From an uncultured delta proteobacterium (lineage in GTDB: Bacteria; Myxococcota_A; Polyangia; Polyangiales; JAFGIB01), in contig CAVZVA010000002.1 of assembly GCA_963778655.1 (NCBI GenBank), forward strand, positions 256,001-320,000: 64,000 nt of DNA. The letters are read 5' to 3'. Shown here one piece after another: positions 49,776-58,977 of the stretch. The position numbers and the translations under genes were made by a program. Position 1 is the stretch's first letter. Each line of letters begins with the position of its first letter. The notes under the pieces are model-generated. The model ran no database searches, was not told where the DNA came from, and worked only from the letters and a program-made list of their open reading frames with translations.

Positions 49776-50891
49776 ATGGTCGAAACCAGAGGAGCCAGCG
49801 CGGCCGAGGTCACGGCGCTCGATCGGGCGCGAGCCCCGTTCCTGTCGCGCGCCAGGGCGCGGCGGTTCGTGTCGATGCTGGCGGGCCAGGACTGGATCGT
49901 CGCCGGCTACTTGCTGATCCTGCTGGCGGCGGTGCTGCACGGCTCGGGCCCGCGCCGCCCGACTGCAATCGCCGGGCTGGTGGGCGACTTCGTGATGCTG
50001 TGCAGCGTGCTGGTGCTGGTGCGCGGCGAGGTGCTGCGGCCGGGTTTCGTCGCCTCGCTGTTGTACCGCTTCGCGCTGCTCGGCGCCTTGCTCGGCTCGT
50101 TCCTGCAGTTGCAGTACGTGCTGCCGACGGCAACGCACTACGCGCTGGACGCGCAGATCTACGCGCTCGACAAGGCGGTGTTCGGACTGGAGCCGTCCGA
50201 GGCGTGGGATCACTTCGTCACCCCGGCCACCACGGACTGGTTCTCGTTCTTCTACTACGGCTACTTCTTCATTCTCGCCGCTCACGTGCTGCCGCTCATG
50301 TTCTTCGCTCGGGACATGAAGATCTTCAGCGAGTTCTCGTTCGGCATCCTGTGGCTGTTCTGCGCCGGGCACACGCTGTACCTGGTGGTGCCGGGCTACG
50401 GGCCCTACGTGTACCTGGCCCACCACTTCCGGCACGAGCTGCAGGGCCCGTTCTGGTGGCATCTGGTCAAGGAGACGGTCGATTCGGTCGACGGCGCCGC
50501 ACGCAAGGACATCTTCCCCAGCCTACACACCGCGGCCCCCACCTTCCTCGCGCTGTTCTCGTTCCGCCACCGGCGCGCGGCGCCGTTCAAATACACCTGG
50601 CCGCTGGTCGCAGCCTTCGCGTCGCAGATCATCCTCGCCACCATGTTTCTGCGCTGGCACTACCTGATCGACATCTGCGCGGGCATCACGCTGGCGGCCA
50701 CCGCGGTGCTGCTCGCGCGCACGGTCGCCGCCCGCGAACGGATCACGCGCGCCCGGCTGCGGCTGCCGCCGGTGTGGCAACCGCTGGTCTTCGCCTCGGC
50801 CAGCGGGACGGCCGTCGGGCTGCCTGCGGCGATCGGCGGCGAGCACCGGCTGCATCAGGGCCGGGCCGAAGAGCGCCGCAAGCTCGGCTGA
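49776..50891 (+). CDS. PAP2 superfamily membrane phosphatase/phosphotransferase (Aur1/IPC-synthase-like)
   Basis: Multiple TMs; YLVVPGYGP, DIFPSLH, LRWHYLID. Confidence 0.82.
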   Translation: MVETRGASAAEVTALDRARAPFLSRARARRFVSMLAGQDWIVAGYLLILLAAVLHGSGPRRPTAIAGLVGDFVMLCSVLVLVRGEVLRPGFVASLLYRFALLGALLGSFLQLQYVLPTATHYALDAQIYALDKAVFGLEPSEAWDHFVTPATTDWFSFFYYGYFFILAAHVLPLMFFARDMKIFSEFSFGILWLFCAGHTLYLVVPGYGPYVYLAHHFRHELQGPFWWHLVKETVDSVDGAARKDIFPSLHTAAPTFLALFSFRHRRAAPFKYTWPLVAAFASQIILATMFLRWHYLIDICAGITLAATAVLLARTVAARERITRARLRLPPVWQPLVFASASGTAVGLPAAIGGEHRLHQGRAEERRKLG

Positions 50892-50970
50892 TCGCGGCGG
50901 CACGCGCCGGCGCGTCCTGCGATCCGAAGCACCGCGGGCGGCCCGGCGGCGTCTCGACGCTTTCAATCCT

Positions 50971-51141
50971 CTAGAGCACCGAACATATTGAAACACGCGC
51001 GATTTCGGGGCCCTCGCGGGCGCATGGCACGCGCGCTCCCCGCTCGACGTAGGATGGACTACGCCTTCGGGCTCCCGCCCGCACCCTGCATCCGGCCATG
51101 ACCCCGACTTCGCACACGTTTCAATAGGTTCGGTGCTCTAG
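50971..51141. mobile_element. MITE-like element (171 bp) with 24-bp terminal inverted repeats bounded by CTAG
   Basis: ctagagcaccgaacatattgaaac vs gtttcaataggttcggtgctctag (one mismatch); no ORF inside. Confidence 0.8.
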
Positions 51142-51320
51142 GGGGGGGCCCGCCACCTACTGCGCCCGAAGATCGCGGCGCTCTCATGGCCCATTGAGCC
51201 AGCCCGGGCGGAGCACACGGCGGGGTCCGCGTTCCCTGGCCGGGATTTGAAGGTCCAGTAAAAACGGTTATTATCCTCAGCGGACGCCCGAGCTGTCGTC
51301 AAGAACGGAGCAAAATCATT

Positions 51321-52385
51321 ATGGAATCTGGATCGGATCGGCTCACCTACCAGACCGAAGAGCTGCTCGCCGACGACACGGTCGCTGCGCCCCTGATCGC
51401 CGGTGGCGTGCTCTGCCACGGCGGCTTCGACACCGACGGCCGATACCACTCGCCGCGCACCCTGCACCGCAACCCTGCGGTTGCGTCCTGGCAGCGCCAG
51501 CTGGTGGCACAGAACCAGCCCCTGATCGAAATCGCCGACGCGCTGAGCCCGCCGCAATACCCGAGCGTGGCGCAGGGGCGCCTGCTGCTGAAGGGCGGCC
51601 TGCAGGAACCGATCGTGCGCGCGCTGACCGTGATCTCGATCCTGGAAGGGTTCGGGGCGATCATTCGCGACGTGCGCGTGCCCGATCTGCGCGCGCTGTT
51701 CGTCGAGCCGATCGAGGGCACCGCCCTGGCACACCTCGGGCTGGGCCTGTTCGAGGCGCACGCGCGGGACGAAGCCGGCTACAAGGAGTTCGGCGGCCAC
51801 AAGCAGATGTGGGAAGCGGCGCGCGACCTGGCGCTGGAGAATCCCAAAGTCCCGGCCGACGTGTTCATGCGCCTGATGGGCGACCGCGGTCAGTCGCGCG
51901 GCGGCGACCCGCTGTTTCCGCAGCTCGAGAAGCGCCTCTACCGCATGCTGAGCATGATGAGCCAGGTGCTCGTGATCGAGGTGTTCGCCAAGCGCACCTT
52001 CGAGTGGGGCGTCGAGCTGCTCTCCGACCCAGAGGTCTCGGCCGCGCCCAAGGAAGCGGGCGCGATGGTCGAGTACATACGCGCCGACGAATCGCCGCAC
52101 GTCGAGTACCTGCGCACGGCGCTGTCAGAGGCACGCGCGCGCACGCTGCGCACCGAGGACGGACGCACCATCGCCGGCCGCACCGTGGTCGATGGCATCC
52201 TGCACCACATTCTGACGCGCGTCGGCGAGCAGCGTCCCCGCGAGCAGCGCGACGACACGCGCGGTGCCGTCGAACGCGCGGTGGAGGCGGGACAGGCGAG
52301 TCGCACCCTGCTCGATGAGTTCGACGCGCTCGCCCCGAGTTGGACCGCGCCGGCGCGCACGGGCTTCGAGCCGCTGGCGGCGTGA
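51321..52385 (+). CDS. Ferritin-like (diiron-carboxylate) protein
   Basis: ILEG..RDEAG..GGHKQ and VIEV..RADESPH ligand pattern of a four-helix bundle. Confidence 0.65.
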   Translation: MESGSDRLTYQTEELLADDTVAAPLIAGGVLCHGGFDTDGRYHSPRTLHRNPAVASWQRQLVAQNQPLIEIADALSPPQYPSVAQGRLLLKGGLQEPIVRALTVISILEGFGAIIRDVRVPDLRALFVEPIEGTALAHLGLGLFEAHARDEAGYKEFGGHKQMWEAARDLALENPKVPADVFMRLMGDRGQSRGGDPLFPQLEKRLYRMLSMMSQVLVIEVFAKRTFEWGVELLSDPEVSAAPKEAGAMVEYIRADESPHVEYLRTALSEARARTLRTEDGRTIAGRTVVDGILHHILTRVGEQRPREQRDDTRGAVERAVEAGQASRTLLDEFDALAPSWTAPARTGFEPLAA

Positions 52386-52419
52386 GCCCGCCTGGCCGGC
52401 AACGCCGGCGGAGCCGAGC

Positions 52420-53700
52420 ATGAACGAGCTGACGCGCATCTATCGGACCTACCGGGTCGCCACCACGGCCGTGCGCCTGTGGAGCATGTACAAGTTGCCC
52501 AGCACGGCGCGCAGGCTCGCGGGCAGGCCCCCGCGCAGCGAAGACGAGCTCGCGCCGGTGAACGAGCAGGCTTCGGAGATCCTACTGCGCCTGGCGTTCG
52601 ACCTGCGCGGCGTGATCATCAAGACCTGCCAGACTATCGCCACGCGCTCCGACCGCTTCCCGCCGTCGTTCATCGAGCGGCTAAAGCAATGCCACGACGC
52701 CGTTCCGGCCAAGGAGTTCGAGGCGATCAAGGCGCTGGTGGAGCTGGAGCTGGGCCGGCCGCTCGAGCAGAGCTTCAAGACCTTCAGCCGCGAGCCGGTG
52801 GCTTCGGCGTCGCTGGCCCAAGTGCATGCGGCCACGCTGCACGACGGGACCGAGGTGGCGGTCAAGGTGCAGTACCCCGACGTCGAAGACATCGTCCGCA
52901 CCGACCTGCGCAACATGCGGCTGGCCTGCCGCATCTACGAGCGGATGGACCCACAACCGATGGAGCTACTGCCCTTGCTCGACGAGCTGGCCACGCACAT
53001 CGGGTTCGAGCTCGACTTCGAGCGCGAGGCGACCAGCGCCGAGCGCGTGCGCAAGCTGTTCGAGAACAACAAGCGCGTGATCGTGCCCGCAATTCATCGC
53101 GAGTACTCCAGCCGGCGCGTGCTCACCATGCAGTGGCTGCGCGGCATCAAGATCACCGAGAAGCAGCAGCTGCTCGACGCAGGGCTCAAGCCGCGCGAGG
53201 TCTTGCAGGATCTGATGCACATCTTCGTGCACATGATCATGGCCGACGGCTTCTTTCAGGCCGACCCGCATCCGGGCAATCTGATGGTGACCCCCTCGGG
53301 CGAGATCATCGTGCTCGACTTCGGGCTCTCCAAGGAGCTGCCGCAGGGCTTCGGGCTGGGTCTGTTCGAGCTGATGTTCTCTATGATGACGCTCAACGAG
53401 GCGGCGATGATCCGCGCGTTCAAGGAGCTCGGCTTCGCCACCAAGAACGGCGACAACCGCACCTTCGTGGCGATCGCGCACCGCATGATGCGCCGCAGCG
53501 ACAGCGGGCGCTTCGAGGGCGAGTTCACCGAGGAGATGACCGACGAGCTATTCGAGGCGATCCGCGAAGACCCGGTGGTCTCGGTGCCGAGCGACTTTGT
53601 GCTGGTCGGGCGGGTGTTCTCGCTGTTGTCGGGGATCGCGCACACGCTGGGCTATCGGGCCAACGTGTTGCAGGCCATGGGGGCGGGAGCACCAGGGTAG
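52420..53700 (+). CDS. ABC1/UbiB/AarF atypical kinase
   Basis: IIKTCQ, ASASLAQVHAA, VAVKVQYP, ELDFEREA, FFQADPHPGN, LDFG. Confidence 0.92.
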   Translation: MNELTRIYRTYRVATTAVRLWSMYKLPSTARRLAGRPPRSEDELAPVNEQASEILLRLAFDLRGVIIKTCQTIATRSDRFPPSFIERLKQCHDAVPAKEFEAIKALVELELGRPLEQSFKTFSREPVASASLAQVHAATLHDGTEVAVKVQYPDVEDIVRTDLRNMRLACRIYERMDPQPMELLPLLDELATHIGFELDFEREATSAERVRKLFENNKRVIVPAIHREYSSRRVLTMQWLRGIKITEKQQLLDAGLKPREVLQDLMHIFVHMIMADGFFQADPHPGNLMVTPSGEIIVLDFGLSKELPQGFGLGLFELMFSMMTLNEAAMIRAFKELGFATKNGDNRTFVAIAHRMMRRSDSGRFEGEFTEEMTDELFEAIREDPVVSVPSDFVLVGRVFSLLSGIAHTLGYRANVLQAMGAGAPG

Positions 53701-53716
53701 AAGGGAACGCTGCCAT

Positions 53717-54406
53717 ATGGTGGACGAGCAGAGCGCACGCCTCACACAAGCCCAACGCCGCGACCACACTCGACAGAAGCTGCTGGCTGCGGCCACCGAC
53801 CTGTTCAGCAAGAGCGGTTACCACCGCACGCAGGTGATGGACATCGTGACCAAGGCGCACGTCAGCGCCGGCACGTTCTATCGCTACTTCGACGACAAGC
53901 AGGGCATCTTCTTCGCGATCGCTGAGGAGCTCGGCGGCCACGAGGTCGAGGAAGCAATCAAGGCACGCGCCATGATCCTCAAGGCGCCCTGCTTCGCCGA
54001 CGCCGTGCGCAACATGGTGCAGTTTCTGGAACGGCACTTCGAGCGCGTGGTGCAGCGCGCGCCGCTCTACCGCGCGCTGCACAACAGCGGCGTGGTCGAC
54101 GGCCGGCGCGATCATGCCTGGTCGATGCGCGAGCGCGCGGTCAAGGCGCTGGCCGAGCAGCTCCGCAAGAGCGGACCGGCCGATACCGAAGATCTCGACA
54201 GCCTCGCGCGGATGATGATGGGGGTGCTGTCCGAGCTGCGTTACGCGATGATCCAGACCGGCAAACCGAGCCCGACCCAGGCCGCACGCCTGGTCACGCG
54301 CTTTCTGCAAGGCGCGATGGCGGCCTACAGCACGCGCTGCCCCCGCTTCGCCGGGCTGCACAGCGACGAGTGGCGCGAAGCACTCGACGCCGAAGCCCGG
54401 ACCTGA
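53717..54406 (+). CDS. TetR/AcrR-family regulator
   Basis: TRQKLLAAATDLF..GY..T..DI..AHVSAGTFYRYFDDK. Confidence 0.92.
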   Translation: MVDEQSARLTQAQRRDHTRQKLLAAATDLFSKSGYHRTQVMDIVTKAHVSAGTFYRYFDDKQGIFFAIAEELGGHEVEEAIKARAMILKAPCFADAVRNMVQFLERHFERVVQRAPLYRALHNSGVVDGRRDHAWSMRERAVKALAEQLRKSGPADTEDLDSLARMMMGVLSELRYAMIQTGKPSPTQAARLVTRFLQGAMAAYSTRCPRFAGLHSDEWREALDAEART

Positions 54407-54433
54407 AGGGCGCGGCAGCGCCCAGGCGCTGCA

Positions 54434-54504
54434 ACAGCAAGACGGGAAGCCCGAACGCTGGCTGTTGACCCGATGAGTCCTTCCCGCCTCCCGGTCTTTC
54501 TGTG
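54434..54504. repeat. Dispersed purine/pyrimidine hairpin element, copy 3
   Basis: acagcaagacgggaag ... cttcccgcctcccggtctttctgtg. Confidence 0.5.
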
Positions 54505-54542
54505 ATCGTGAGTGGCGCTGGCGGAGCTCCCGGACGCTGGCT

Positions 54543-54569
54543 CCGGGGCGTTGCTTCGCCCCGGGTTTT
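54543..54569 (+). terminator. Possible weak terminator before argJ
   Basis: ccggggcg-ttgctt-cgccccgg followed by gtttt. Confidence 0.35.
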
Positions 54570-54587
54570 GCCGCAAGGTTGGCCGCC

Positions 54588-55805
54588 ATGAGCGCTGAGC
54601 CGCCGGAGTGGATTGGCCAGGGGAGCGTGACCTCTCCTGCGGGCTTCGTCGCCGGCGCGGTCTACGCCGGCGTCAAGAGCTACGGCCCCGAGCCGCGACT
54701 CGACCTGGCGCTGCTGGCCTCTGAGCGCGCGGGCGTCTCGGCCGGCATCTTCACCCAGAGCCGCGTGTGTGGAGCGCCCGTGCAGCTGTGCAAGCAGCGC
54801 GTGGGACGCGGGCGCGCCGTAGTCGTCAACGCGGGCTGCGCGAACGTCGCCACCGGCGAGCAGGGCCTGGCCGACGCGCGTCGCATGGCCGAGCTCGCGG
54901 GCCGCGCGCTCGGGCTGCCGCCCGACGAGGTGTTCGTGGCCTCGACCGGCGTGATCGGACGGCGCCTGCCGATGGACAAGATCGAAGCCGGGGTACAGCG
55001 GTTGGTGCTCTCGGCCGAAGGCGGCCCGGCGTTCGCGCGTGCGATCATGACCACCGACACGGTCGCGAAGTCGCGCGCGCTGCGGCTGCGCTGCGACGGC
55101 CGCAGCTACACCCTGGGCGGCGCGGTGAAGGGCTCGGGGATGGTGCACCCCGACATGGCCACGGTGCTGTGCTTCCTGACCACGGACGCGCCCGCCGATC
55201 CGCGCTGGCTGCAGGATACGCTCAAGCAGGTGGGCGACGACTCGCTCAACATGCTCGATGTCGACACCGACACCTCAACCAGCGACACCATGCTGATGCT
55301 GGCCAACGGCGCGGCCGGCGGCGATCCGCTGCAGGCCTCGCACCCGGCGGCCGCGGCGTTCACCGCTGCGCTGCGTGCGCTCTGCATCGAGCTGACGCGC
55401 GATTTGGCGCGCGACGGCGAGGGCGCGCGCACCTTGATCGAGGTGGTGGTGAGCGGCGCGGCCAGCTTGCACGACGCCCGCATCGCGGCTCGCACGGTTG
55501 CGTCCTCGCCGCTGGTCAAGACCATGGTGGCGGGCCGCGACGCGAACCTCGGCCGCGTGCTGATGGCGTTGGGCCGTTCCGGTGCGCAGATCCGGCTCGA
55601 GCGCACGCGCGTGTGGATCGGCGAGCACTGCGCGTTCGAGCGCGGCCTGGCGACCGACCTCGACTATGCGGAGATCTCGCGCGCCATGGACCGCCCCGAG
55701 GTCCAGCTTCGCGCCGACCTGGGGCTCGGCGACGCCACCGCCACCGCCTGGGGCTGCGACCTTACGACCGAGTACGTCCGCATCAACGGCGACTACACCA
55801 CTTAA
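54588..55805 (+). CDS. argJ: Ornithine acetyltransferase / N-acetylglutamate synthase
   Basis: STGVIG, AIMTTDT, KGSGMVHPDMAT, DTSTSD, RDGEGA, SPLVKT, WGCDLTTEYVRINGDYTT. Confidence 0.96.
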   Translation: MSAEPPEWIGQGSVTSPAGFVAGAVYAGVKSYGPEPRLDLALLASERAGVSAGIFTQSRVCGAPVQLCKQRVGRGRAVVVNAGCANVATGEQGLADARRMAELAGRALGLPPDEVFVASTGVIGRRLPMDKIEAGVQRLVLSAEGGPAFARAIMTTDTVAKSRALRLRCDGRSYTLGGAVKGSGMVHPDMATVLCFLTTDAPADPRWLQDTLKQVGDDSLNMLDVDTDTSTSDTMLMLANGAAGGDPLQASHPAAAAFTAALRALCIELTRDLARDGEGARTLIEVVVSGAASLHDARIAARTVASSPLVKTMVAGRDANLGRVLMALGRSGAQIRLERTRVWIGEHCAFERGLATDLDYAEISRAMDRPEVQLRADLGLGDATATAWGCDLTTEYVRINGDYTT

Positions 55806-55809
55806 GTAA

Positions 55810-56039
55810 CGGGAGGGTCACGCGACCCTCCCGCCCGTTGGGCTTAGCCCAACGGGGCCCACCCTCCCGCGGGGCTCGCTGCGCTCGCGCGTGCTCTTGT
55901 CCGGTCACGCGACCCTCCCGCCCGTTGGGCTTAGCCCAACGGGGCCCACCCTCCCGCGGGGCTCGCTGCGCTCGCGCGTGCTCTTGTCCGGTCACGCGAC
56001 CCTCCCGCCCGTTGGGCTTAGCCCAACGGGGCCCACCCT
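55810..56039. repeat. 87-bp palindromic tandem repeat (~2.6 identical copies), REP/BIME-like
   Basis: Units begin at 55816, 55903 and 55990; each contains the hairpin cccgttgggc-tta-gcccaacggg; lies between convergent argJ and hsp20. Confidence 0.92.
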
Positions 56040-56111
56040 GAGAATCGGGCCGGCGCGTGGTGGGGACGCGCGCCGGCCCAAGCTCGAATCGGTCGGCTCG
56101 CGCCCGAAGAA

Positions 56112-56528
56112 TCAGCCGGCCTTGACCTCGATCTCGCGCTTCTTGGGGGCGGCCGCCTTGTGCAGGGTCACGGTCAGCACGCCGTTGTCGTGCTTGGCCT
56201 CGACGTGCTCGGCATCGACGCCGTCGCTCAGCGCGAACGAGCGGCTAAAGCTGCCGAAGAAGCGCTCTACGCGGTGATAGCTGTCGCGCTCATCCTTGTT
56301 CTCGAGCTTCCGCTCGCCGCTGATCGTCAGCATGTTGTTCTCGACCTGGACGTTGATGTCCTCGGGCTTGACGCCCGCGAGGTCGACCTTGACGTGGATG
56401 CCCTGCGCGTCCTCGAAGATGTCGACCGCAGGCTGGAAGCTCTGCTCGCGCTCCAGCACGGCGTTGCGTGCGAAGAAGCGGTCGTGCAAGCGGTTCATTT
56501 CGGCAAACGGATCCCAATAGGCCAACAT
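56112..56528 (-). CDS. Hsp20 / alpha-crystallin small heat-shock protein
   Basis: WDPFAEM, PAVDIFE, LTISGER, ERFFGSFSRSF, NGVLTVTL; AGGAGG SD. Confidence 0.95.
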   Translation of the reverse strand: MLAYWDPFAEMNRLHDRFFARNAVLEREQSFQPAVDIFEDAQGIHVKVDLAGVKPEDINVQVENNMLTISGERKLENKDERDSYHRVERFFGSFSRSFALSDGVDAEHVEAKHDNGVLTVTLHKAAAPKKREIEVKAG

Positions 56529-56703
56529 GGCACTCCTCCTGTGCGGGCGGGCGGCCCACCCCTGTTTGAACTCGGGCCCGCGCACCACCCCGGTGGCGAA
56601 CCGAGCTGCAGGGCCCGTCCCGGCGGTGCCCTTGCTTGCTCGAGGCCAAGCTAAGCATCGCCGGCCGGCGGTCAAGGGCGCCTGCGCGCGCGAGCCCCGC
56701 CGG

Positions 56704-57894
56704 TCAGGGTCCGATCACGCCCTGCTTGCGCAGCCGCGCCAACTCGGCCGCGCCAAGCCCGTGGGCGGCCAGCACCTCGTCGGTGTGCTCGCCGAGCAGC
56801 GGCGGCCTGCGCTCGATCCGGCCCGGGGTGCCCGACAGCTTGACCGGCAATCCGGTGGTGCGGAAGGTGCCGAGCTGGGGGTGCGGCAGCTCCACCAGCA
56901 GCTGCCGCGCGAGCACCTGCGGGTCGGCGAATACCTGCGAAAGGTCGAGCACCGGACCGCTTGGGATGCCGGCCGCATTGAGCAGGTCGACCCAGTGCGC
57001 CACGTCGGAGCCAGCGAGCACGCGCTCGATCTCGGCCGTGAGCTCGTCGCGCTGGCGCACCCGCGCGGCCGCGTCCGCAAAGCGCGCGTCGTCGATCCAC
57101 TGCGGCCTGCCGAGAGCGCGCGCGAGCTTGACCCACATCGCATCGTTGGCGGCAGCGATGTTGATGTACCCGTCGCCGGCCTTGAACCGACCGTAGGGCG
57201 AGGCCAGCGGGTGGTGCTGGCCGGCCGGCCCGGGCGCGCGGTTGGACTGGAAGTACATGCCGGCGCCCCAGCTCATCACCGACACCATCGCCTCGAGCAG
57301 CGAGGTGTCGACGACCTGGCCCCTGCCGCTGTGCGCGCGCGCGAACAGCGCCAGCAAGATGCCGTGCGCCGCAAAGATCCCCGCGAGCAGGTCCGCGATC
57401 GCGAGCCCGGCGCGGGTCGGCCCCGACTGCTCGGTGCCGGTCAAGCTCATGAAGCCGCTCATGCCTTGCGCCACCTGATCGAAGCCCGGGCGGTCGCGGT
57501 ACGGCCCGTCCGCGCCGAAGCCGGAGATCGAGCAGTAGACCAGCCGCGGGAAGCGCTCGGTCAGCGCCTGCGGCCCGAGCCCGAGCGCGTCCATCACACC
57601 CGGCCGATAGTTTTCGACCACCACGTCGTAGTCCGGCAGGATGCGCAGGATCAGCGCGCGCCCCGCCTCGGACTTGATGTCGACGGTGATCGAGCGTTTA
57701 CCGCGGTTCGCGGACAGAAAGAAGTAGCTGTCCTTGTCGGACCCAGCCGGGCGCAGCTCGCGGCCCTTGCCCGACTCGACTTTGACGACGTCGGCGCCGT
57801 AGTCGGCCAGCAGCATGCTGCAGAACGGTCCCGCCAGGTAGCGCGTGAAGTCGAGCACGCGGATGCCTGCGAGTGGGGGCGCTTCGGCGCTCAT
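56704..57894 (-). CDS. CoA-transferase family III (CaiB/BaiF)
   Basis: PLAGIRVLDF..AGP..GADVVKVE, NRGKRS, ENYRPG, SISGFG..GP..PGFD. Confidence 0.95.
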   Translation of the reverse strand: MSAEAPPLAGIRVLDFTRYLAGPFCSMLLADYGADVVKVESGKGRELRPAGSDKDSYFFLSANRGKRSITVDIKSEAGRALILRILPDYDVVVENYRPGVMDALGLGPQALTERFPRLVYCSISGFGADGPYRDRPGFDQVAQGMSGFMSLTGTEQSGPTRAGLAIADLLAGIFAAHGILLALFARAHSGRGQVVDTSLLEAMVSVMSWGAGMYFQSNRAPGPAGQHHPLASPYGRFKAGDGYINIAAANDAMWVKLARALGRPQWIDDARFADAAARVRQRDELTAEIERVLAGSDVAHWVDLLNAAGIPSGPVLDLSQVFADPQVLARQLLVELPHPQLGTFRTTGLPVKLSGTPGRIERRPPLLGEHTDEVLAAHGLGAAELARLRKQGVIGP

Positions 57895-57895
57895 C

Positions 57896-58678
57896 TCAGC
57901 GCCCCGTGAAGCGCGGCGGGCGCTTCTGCATGAACGCGGCCACGCCCTCGCGGTAGTCGTCGCTCTCGTAGCAGGCTTTGATCGCGCGCTTGACCGCCTC
58001 GAGGTCGCGCGCCGGCTCCGGCTTTTGCAGCTCGCGCGTAGCGAGCTTGACGCTGCGCAGTGTCAACGGCGCGTTGTCGGCGATGGTCTCGGCCAGGGCC
58101 AGCACCTCCGGCTCCAGGCGCGCTTTGGGCAGCACGCCGTTGAGCAGACCCATGCGCAACGCCGCCTCGGCCGAGAAGCGCTTGGCGGTGAAGAAGATCT
58201 CCTTGGCGTTCGCCTCGCCCACCAGCCGCACCAGCGCCTCGACGCCAGCCATGCCGTAGCCGAGCCCCAGGCGCGCCGCCGGGATCCCGAGCCTCGCATC
58301 GTCGGCCGCGTAGCGCATGTCCGCGGTGAGCGAGATCGCCACGCCGCCCCCAATGCAGAAGCCGTGGATCATCGCGATCACCGGCTTGCCGATGCCCGCC
58401 AGCGCGAAGTAAGCACGCGCGTTGTCGCGATCGTAGTCCTCGACGTTGTCGGCGGTGCGGCTGCGCTCGAACTCGGAGATGTCCGCGCCGGCGATGAAAG
58501 CCGCGTCGCCCGCGCCGCGCAGGATCACCACGCGCACCTCGGGGTCGGCATCGAGCTGGGCCGCCGCGGCGGGGATCTGGCGCCACATCTGCTGCGACAG
58601 CGCGTTGTGGCGCTCGGGCTGCTCGAACACGAGCATGCCCACTCGCCCGCGCACCTCGACCACGACCCGCCCTGCCAT
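57896..58678 (-). CDS. Enoyl-CoA hydratase/isomerase (crotonase) family
   Basis: AFIAGADISEF, KPVIAMIHGFCIGGG, GIPAARLGL, DYREGVAAFMQKR. Confidence 0.93.
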   Translation of the reverse strand: MAGRVVVEVRGRVGMLVFEQPERHNALSQQMWRQIPAAAAQLDADPEVRVVILRGAGDAAFIAGADISEFERSRTADNVEDYDRDNARAYFALAGIGKPVIAMIHGFCIGGGVAISLTADMRYAADDARLGIPAARLGLGYGMAGVEALVRLVGEANAKEIFFTAKRFSAEAALRMGLLNGVLPKARLEPEVLALAETIADNAPLTLRSVKLATRELQKPEPARDLEAVKRAIKACYESDDYREGVAAFMQKRPPRFTGR

Positions 58679-58680
58679 CG

Positions 58681-58977
58681 CTACACCGTGAAGTTCCAGG
58701 CCTTGATGACTTGCAAGCGCGGCTCGAGAAAGCCCTCGTAGTAGGCGCCGTGCTCGGCGTGCTCGAGGTAGGCCTCGACGTCCTGCAGCGAGTCGAAGCG
58801 CACGGCCAGGCTCAGGTCCCAGGCGGACGCCGCGCCCGCGTCGGCCGGCTCGCCGATGGTCAGGGCTCGCACCCCGGGCACGCGCGCGAGGCGCTGGGAT
58901 TGCGCTCGCACCTCAGCACGGCCTTGGCGCGTGGCGTGCTCTGGCTTGAGCTTGACGAACACGTAGCGCTCGATCAT
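58681..58977 (-). CDS. Dabb (stress-responsive A/B barrel) protein
   Basis: MIERYVFVKLK, WDLSLAVRFDS..YLEHAEH. Confidence 0.85.
   Translation of the reverse strand: MIERYVFVKLKPEHATRQGRAEVRAQSQRLARVPGVRALTIGEPADAGAASAWDLSLAVRFDSLQDVEAYLEHAEHGAYYEGFLEPRLQVIKAWNFTV

Noticed and set aside
55816..56039. CRISPR array
   Set aside because: Whole 87-bp units are identical, so there are no unique spacers, and no cas genes are nearby
56634..56649. Sigma54 promoter for hsp20
   Set aside because: GG-N10-GC spacing fits but both boxes are poor (TGGCCT..AAGCA); too weak in GC-rich DNA
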